This document shows positions 57,743-64,000 of a stretch of DNA of 64,000 bases, piece after piece (positions within the stretch are counted from its first letter, which is position 1; each line of letters begins with the position of its first letter). The position numbers and the translations under genes are program-made. The notes beneath the pieces are model-generated. The model did no database searches. It worked only from the letters and a program-made list of their open reading frames with translations, and was not told the origin of the DNA. Source of the stretch: Pristiophorus japonicus (Eukaryota); assembly GCF_044704955.1 (NCBI RefSeq), contig NC_091999.1, positions 31,868,001-31,932,000 of the forward strand. The letters are read 5' to 3'.

Positions 57743-58042
57743 CTGACATTGTGATGTTCCACACCGACACACCACGTCGAACCTCGCAGCAGATTGTGCT
57801 GCTCCCCACCTCGGACTCGGTGATGGTTAACTGGCTGCTCAGGGTGCAGGTTCAAATCTTTTTGAGCAATGACGGGTAGGTCTTCAATCCAGTGGTGATC
57901 GGCTCTTTATCTTCCTTCCAGAAAATGCTGATGATGTCAGGGGAGTAGTCCATCACCAAACAGCCCTACGTGATGGAGCCATCGGTGCTGGGTTGTTCAC
58001 AGGAGGAGAGCAGGGCGCAGAGGGTGGGGGGAGACGGTGTTA
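57743..58042 (-). pseudogene. IGHM: IgM CH1 exon with two in-frame stops
   Basis: [34 protein letters not shown]...[44 protein letters not shown] closely matches recalled shark Cmu1. 300 nt, AG/GT intact, stops at 57966-57968 and 57852-57854. Confidence 0.94.
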
Positions 58043-58899
58043 CTGGGAAGGAATGGCCCATTGAACAAGTTAGACTCTGTAATCCGTGCTTATAAAAGAA
58101 ATAAACAAATCGAAATTTGACTGCAGAATAAACTAATTCCACCATTTCTCCATCAAAGGCTACACGGGCATTTGAGCTTCTGTCAGTTCTATCGTAAGCA
58201 CCTGTTAATGCGCTGGTCAGGAACGCACCTCTCTATCACCGAGCTCTATCACATTACACAACAAGAACCTTTACACAACTCGTCAATAAAGAAGCCTTCA
58301 TTGGATCATACAATAGCAGAACAGAGACGTTTTTCCTGTTATTTCGGCCTGCATTTATTTCTCAATCAGCACCATTTCTTGTCCTTTATTTAATTGCAGT
58401 TTGGGAAAATTTGCTCTGTGCACGTTGCCTGCGGTGTATCCGTACAAAACAACAGTGACTGCACTTCAAAGTAACAGCGGAATTCCGGCTTAGGACGTTC
58501 GCAAAAACCCTGCAAACTTGCCTACCACATAATTCAACAGGTAGCGTTTCCATAGTCTAGTTTCTAAGATGCAAGTTGTAAATGAACCGCGATTGAGTCG
58601 AATTTCTTCCTTATTTTCTCAGCATTTGAGGGAGAGCGATGTCCTTCAGCGCACTGTGATCTGAGCTCTATTCCATCCTATTATATGCATGTCTCTTGAG
58701 TAGCCTGCTTCCTGCAACTCAATTAATAATCCGAATAAAATACCATTCCAAAATCCGGTTAATTTGAAGTTACTCCTTAAATGGCCCGTTTCAATTCCTA
58801 TTGTTGTTCTTGTTATATAACAATGACATCGACTTGGTTACAGGGAATACAATTTCGAAGTTCAAAAATGATGCAAAACCTGGAAACGTAGCCAATAGT

Positions 58900-59715
58900 G
58901 AGCATGATAGCAGCAGACTCCATGAGGAGACAGATGGACCAGTGAAATAGGCTTGGACATGGCAATTGCAATTCAATGCGAATCATTGAGAAGCGATGCA
59001 CATTGGGTGGAAGTTGGAGAGGCAGTATAATCTAAATAGTATTGTTTTGAGCGGATGCACGAATAGAGAGATCTGGATGTACATATTCACAAATCTTTGA
59101 AGAGGGCAGGGCAAACTGGTAAGGCTGTTAGGAATGCGTATGGGATACTTGACTTTGTAAATGGGGCATTGAATACAAAAACAAGGCGGTTATGCTAAAC
59201 TTACAGATCACGTGTTAGGCCTCAGCTGGACTATTGCTTACAATTTTGTCACCACAATGTAGGAAGGATGTCAAGCCCTTGGGGAGTGTAGAGGGGAGGC
59301 TTTTACCTGGATGATGCCAGGGATGGGGTCTTCAGTTATGCGGAGAGATTGGAGAAGCTGGAATATTCTCCTTAGAGCAGAGGTTAAGAGGAGACCTAAG
59401 AGAGATATTCAACATTATGTCAGGTTAAGTATACTAAGTCGGGAGAAAATGTTCCGCTGGAAAGTAGGTGGGTAACCAAATGTCGCAGTTTTAAAATAAT
59501 TGTGAAAAGATCAGAAGGTGAAATTCAGGTGATTTTATTCACACAGAGGTTTGCTAATTTCAGGAATGCTCCAGCCAGTATCTCCTGTACGTCAGGAGGA
59601 CTCATTTGCACGTTTACAATGTAAACTCTGGGGAGTTGGACTAAATTGGACAGCTCTTTCAGAGCCGGCACAGGCACGATGCCTGAATGGCCTCTTCCAA
59701 TTATGTGTGATGCTA
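58900..59715 (+). mobile_element. Old degraded CR1 3' fragment
   Basis: GTTAGGCCTCAGCTGGACTATTG (RPQLDY), GGTTAAGAGGAGACCT and the CR1-type 3' end GAATGGCCTCTTCC. Confidence 0.78.
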
Positions 59716-60429
59716 TGAGTCTACACAAGTCAGTGGGAATAGTTCTTCTAGATTTCATGGAAGGAAACACTTCATATTTTGGACACCTCTACCAGATCTA
59801 TTTTTATTGTTCGTTATAATGAAAGAGGATATTTAAAATAAAGGGATCTTATAAATCTGACGCAAATTAGTCAATCGCATGCTGTTAGAAAAGCTTAAAT
59901 TCATTGCGAATGATGACTTATTGCAGGTTGACTCTCTCTCTTTAAATGTTTCACAGAATTGCAGCTCAGTGACTGTGTGCCTTGTGTTGTGACCCAGGCC
60001 AATAGCTGCATCTCCTCACAGTTTGTCGCTGCCTTTAACCTTCACAGGAAGAATTGGACAACATAATTTTTCTAAACATGAGGTCCCCATGATGGTTATT
60101 TGAAGTGGGAGTCTCGATATTCTCTATTTTAATTGTGGAAATAACTTGTAACCTCCCATCAGATCAGAACAGGCGCTGCTTTCTGGAGCGTTATTCACTT
60201 CCTGAAACTGTTTGTTCTGAAAGTGAGCTGAGGATCAGGCCAATCATGTTCTTTAGTAATCTGATGCTCAAAATGTTCAAACATTAATAACTCATAAAAA
60301 ATTGGGCATTTTTTCAGAAAGAATATAAACATCAAAGAATGTGCGCTATTTAATCTGTGCAATGGGCCGAATTATTGTATATATCTGGCACGAGCAGTTT
60401 ATCTGCTATCTGTTAGACGCAGATAACGG

Positions 60430-60950
60430 TGCCTTGAACATTACTGACCAAGCACTCTCAGGTCAGACACAGCACGGATAAGAGAGCAAAGCTCCCGCTA
60501 TGCTGCCGTGTGGGTCAGGACAGGTATAGCAAGTGTTGCACACAGAGTAATATGTTATCTATACTATCCCGTCAAACATTCCCAGCTCAAGTACTGCAGA
60601 GATGTGCTACGAAATTTCTCCCCATAAAATGCGTTATCAAATTTACCGATTAATTAAGCACAATTATTACGAGTACAATGAAAATCTTCCAATGCACTGT
60701 CCCATTAAAGCGCACCACCCCTCCAAAGCTCTGATTAAATAGAAGACATTCTATATTGAAGGACCCAATTAAGTTCCACGTCCTTGTAAAGAAAAGGTTA
60801 AATACTGATTAAAGCTATCTCTGCAATGTCCCATCATGCACTGCCAGGTAAGATAACGCACGGGTTAGTTGCAGAGTAAAGCAGTCATATCAAACACTGT
60901 CAGGGCAGGTACAACCGGGTTAGAAACTGATTAAAGCTTCTTCGACTGTC
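60430..60950. repeat. Degenerate tandem repeat (CTGTCCCATCAAACACTCCCAGG..GGTACAGCACGGGTTAG..ACAGAGTAAAGCT)
   Basis: Recurring CAGAGTAAA, TGTCCCAT and GGGTTAG motifs. Confidence 0.6.
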
Positions 60951-62447
60951 TCCTCGTGGTGTTTCGGAACTGCTCCTTCTGACTGTCACAATCTGGGTTA
61001 CTGATCTCATTTCTACGGCGAATCCTCAACCTTAAAGTCAATCTTTCACGTTTCTCACAGATACCAATTTCTTAAATAACTGAATTAAATGACACTCCCC
61101 GCAATACAGGATCACAACCCAGAAGGTTTACAACCCGTCAGGAGGACTCCTGATGCTCACACAGTGAGCAGGCGCACAGAAACAGAACAGACACAAACGG
61201 TGCAACAAGGGTGCTCTAGGCAGAGAGAGACCAGTTCAATCTGTTAATTTCAATGAAGATGTTAGATTTCTAGTTTTTTTCTTGTCAATTTCCAACCACC
61301 TCAACGCTGCAGATTCTTTGAAATTAATCTGATATGAATTTGAGAGACTCTTCAACATCCAGCCATTTCCCCATCTCTGTCAACTATCTTGTAAACCGTG
61401 TAAACATTTACTTCCCTGAAAGCAAGTAGCTGGAAATAATTCACATTCCACGGGAATTTGCTGCCCGTCACACGGGACTCGGTGACAGAGTAAGAATGTC
61501 ACAATCCAGGAGACATATACAGCGATACCTAATCACCCACTGATTTTATATGTTTTCATCAGTAAATATAACCTGTAAAATCATCGCGGCAAAACAGGAA
61601 ATTAATTCACTAAAATCTGCAGCGACACATTGTCGAACTCAGCACAGCCGAGTTATCAATGCATTGTTTTCTAAATTAATTTATGAATGAATTAAACATT
61701 ATCTCCAACGCTTGAAATTTTGCAATAATTGTAATACTGACCAGTATGCAACACAATTGTAAGTGCTCGCTTATGTTTTAATGAATTAGCACTGATGTTA
61801 CATTCTAATTTAATGTTCATGTTAGCTGAATATTGAAAATAATCTGAGTGCCAGTCTGGCCCTTCCTCCTCAGAAGCATACCTACCTGGAACTTTTGAAA
61901 TTAAATTAACGTGCTTGAATTTCAGCCATACAAATAGAAGTAATTATTAAACATTTTAAAACCTTTTATGCCTGATAACTTGTGATATATTATGGTTTAC
62001 TTAACTTACCACAACAATTAATCAATATTAAAATATTAAGCAGCATATTAATACATGACTACTCTGAAATATACCTTATTTTTACTTAAATGGAATCAAA
62101 TTTGAATAATTGACAATAATCACGCAGTTCTACTATTGTCCCGTTCTCGACCGACACCTTTTTAAACTCTGCATGTTTCTAATATAGCATAAACTGCGTC
62201 TATTTGCAGAGAGCATTTCACATTATGGATTTGGGTGTGGACTAATTTAAATAGTTCTCTGTCCAGCCAGGGTCACAACTCCGATGGGCTGTAAACCGCT
62301 TGTTTACTAATGCTGGAATCTCGAGCTGAAATATTCTCCTCAATCTTAAACCCCAAAAATGGTTTTATTAATTAAAATCCATCCTTGCAGTTTGCAGTCA
62401 GTAGCAGAGCCTTCACTACTTAATAACACAGACAATCTTTTAAAGTT

Positions 62448-62530
62448 CATAGAAACATAGAAAATAGCTGCAGGAGTAGGCCATTCGGCCCTTCGCGCCT
62501 GCACCGCCATTCAATGAGTTCCTGGCTGAA
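62448..62530 (-). mobile_element. Short CR1 3'-tail fragment
   Basis: CATAGAAACATAGAAAATAGCTGCAGGAGTAGGCCATTCGGCCCTTCG, the same end as at 12499. Confidence 0.85.
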
Positions 62531-64000
62531 CACTCCAGTTATTCACAAAATGCCCGTAAGTTAATGATTAAATATATTCTGCTACTTCTTGAAAATAGTT
62601 TCCAGAATGGCCAGTGTAAAACTAGAGGATAACAATTCATTCAGACCATCTGGAGCACTGAAACTGAATGTGCAAATGGAGGAGAGACTTTGTACATCAA
62701 TTTAATATTAATAAAAATTAAACATAGCTCTCAGATATGGTTTGTGCTTTGTCTACCTTCTATTCCGCATACAGCAGCGTTTTGGGAGATAGGATTTTGT
62801 TTCAAATACAAAGTAAGATGAACCTTTTGTAAGTAAATTAATCTGCTTGAATTTCAATGGATTACTTGCTGTCTCCAGCCATACGCATTCGGAATCTGCC
62901 TTGAATTTCAATATAATTACATGAACAATTCTTTGACTGCCAGCGATGCCTGTCTCTCAGCTTTTGTTCTTGCAAAGTGTTCAAGGTTAACTTAGTGATA
63001 ATTCTATCAAACAACACACAATATTGATTCAATAACAAATTTCGGCTACACAGTGAGAATGTCATACCCCGGCAGATAGATTAAATTGACAAAATGCAAT
63101 TTGCAACACGGCTTTAAGTTATAATTAATTGCACTCAGTCATTCATCTGTGTAAAGAGGAGGTAGCAAGTAATTGAACTCCCGACTCAAACTGAACACAG
63201 CGGTGGAATCAGTATGTTGTTAATGAAATAATTGCAGGCATAATTAATAACTGTATCCAGCCTCTAAAAGTTTCTGCTTCCCTTAATGGTGCCCAGTGTA
63301 GAGCAGGATTTTTGAAGACGAATAATATTCAGTAAATGAACATTGGACTAATAGCATATTTTAATAACATTCGGTGATATTATTGCATTATAATCGGTTG
63401 GTTAATAGTAATTTAATTCAACTACAACCTGAATAAGTTAATTATGTAGATGGCAACTAGTTACATTTCACATATTAATATACCAGCATCGTCAAAATAG
63501 ATTAATAGTTGAATATATAATTATCACTTCAATAATTGTGCTGTTAAAATACCTTTCAATGACTTCTGATGTCTAAACCCGTCCTGTTCTTTGCCTACCT
63601 ACTGTTTAAAAACAGTTTCAAAATACATATCTTGTTTGGATTCGATCAGAAACCTGCTGCTGCCCGCTGTCACCGATATTAAACATTGTAGAAACGCCAA
63701 ACAGCTTCACTAATTCTAGGTATTCTGAGTAACACAGGCACGAACTCTCCTCAGCAGATCAACACAAAATCACATCGCTGAGGGGCGGAATCCCTCGACA
63801 GAACCTTTCATGGAGCAGATCCGTAATTCTATAAACACTTTCAGCAGAATCAAATGTATCATTGCAAAAAAATCTCATTACACAATCACCGAACCCGCCT
63901 CACACTGAGATATCTAATGATTGAATTCAACAGAAATATAAAATACTGACAGAGAATTGTGATTCGACGGATTATGTTAAATACGTTAATTTTGATATTA

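Noticed and set aside
61160-61199. RSS-like CACAGTG-24nt-ACACAAACG in the orientation expected for a JH
   Set aside because: The spacer is 24 nt and the adjacent sequence has no WGxG J motif; likely chance or cryptic.
63049-63090. CACAGTG heptamer
   Set aside because: No nonamer at 12 or 23 nt spacing.
58100-64000. Intronic IgH enhancer in the presumed J-C intron
   Set aside because: Only near-matches to the octamer ATTTGCAT were seen; not supportable.

Overview
Eukaryotic, repeat-rich DNA from a cartilaginous fish (shark-type IgM, shark CR1 and Deu-SINE repeats). Left to right: (1) a 27-bp minisatellite (1-3678). (2) A decayed tandem array of tRNA-Leu(TAA) / tRNA-Asp / tRNA-Ser(AGA) / SINE units broken by CR1 LINEs (3.7-16 kb). 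(3) A CR1 (16-19.3 kb) abutting an internally deleted endogenous retrovirus (ERV-A, 19.3-23.2 kb, PBS-Ser). (4) An apparently intact two-exon GPR139-like GPCR (25.9-29.1 kb, minus strand), then mini-satellites and a 2-kb polypurine tract. (5) A two-LTR degenerate retrovirus (ERV-B, 32.7-41.1 kb, PBS-Ser) with a spuma/loki-like RT, two CCHC knuckles and an atypical env homologous to the ERV-A env, next to a third LTR element (PBS-Arg). (6) An IgM heavy-chain constant-region pseudogene (CH1-CH4, minus strand, 53.4-58.0 kb). Its secretory tailpiece is split by a CR1, and that CR1 was itself hit twice at the same nucleotide by a Tx1-clade retrotransposon. The best candidates for new biology are this apparently CR1-targeting Tx1 family and the loki-like shark ERV lineage with an unexplained pre-gag ORF. 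Family assignments rest on recalled consensus motifs, not database searches. Coordinates were read by hand.
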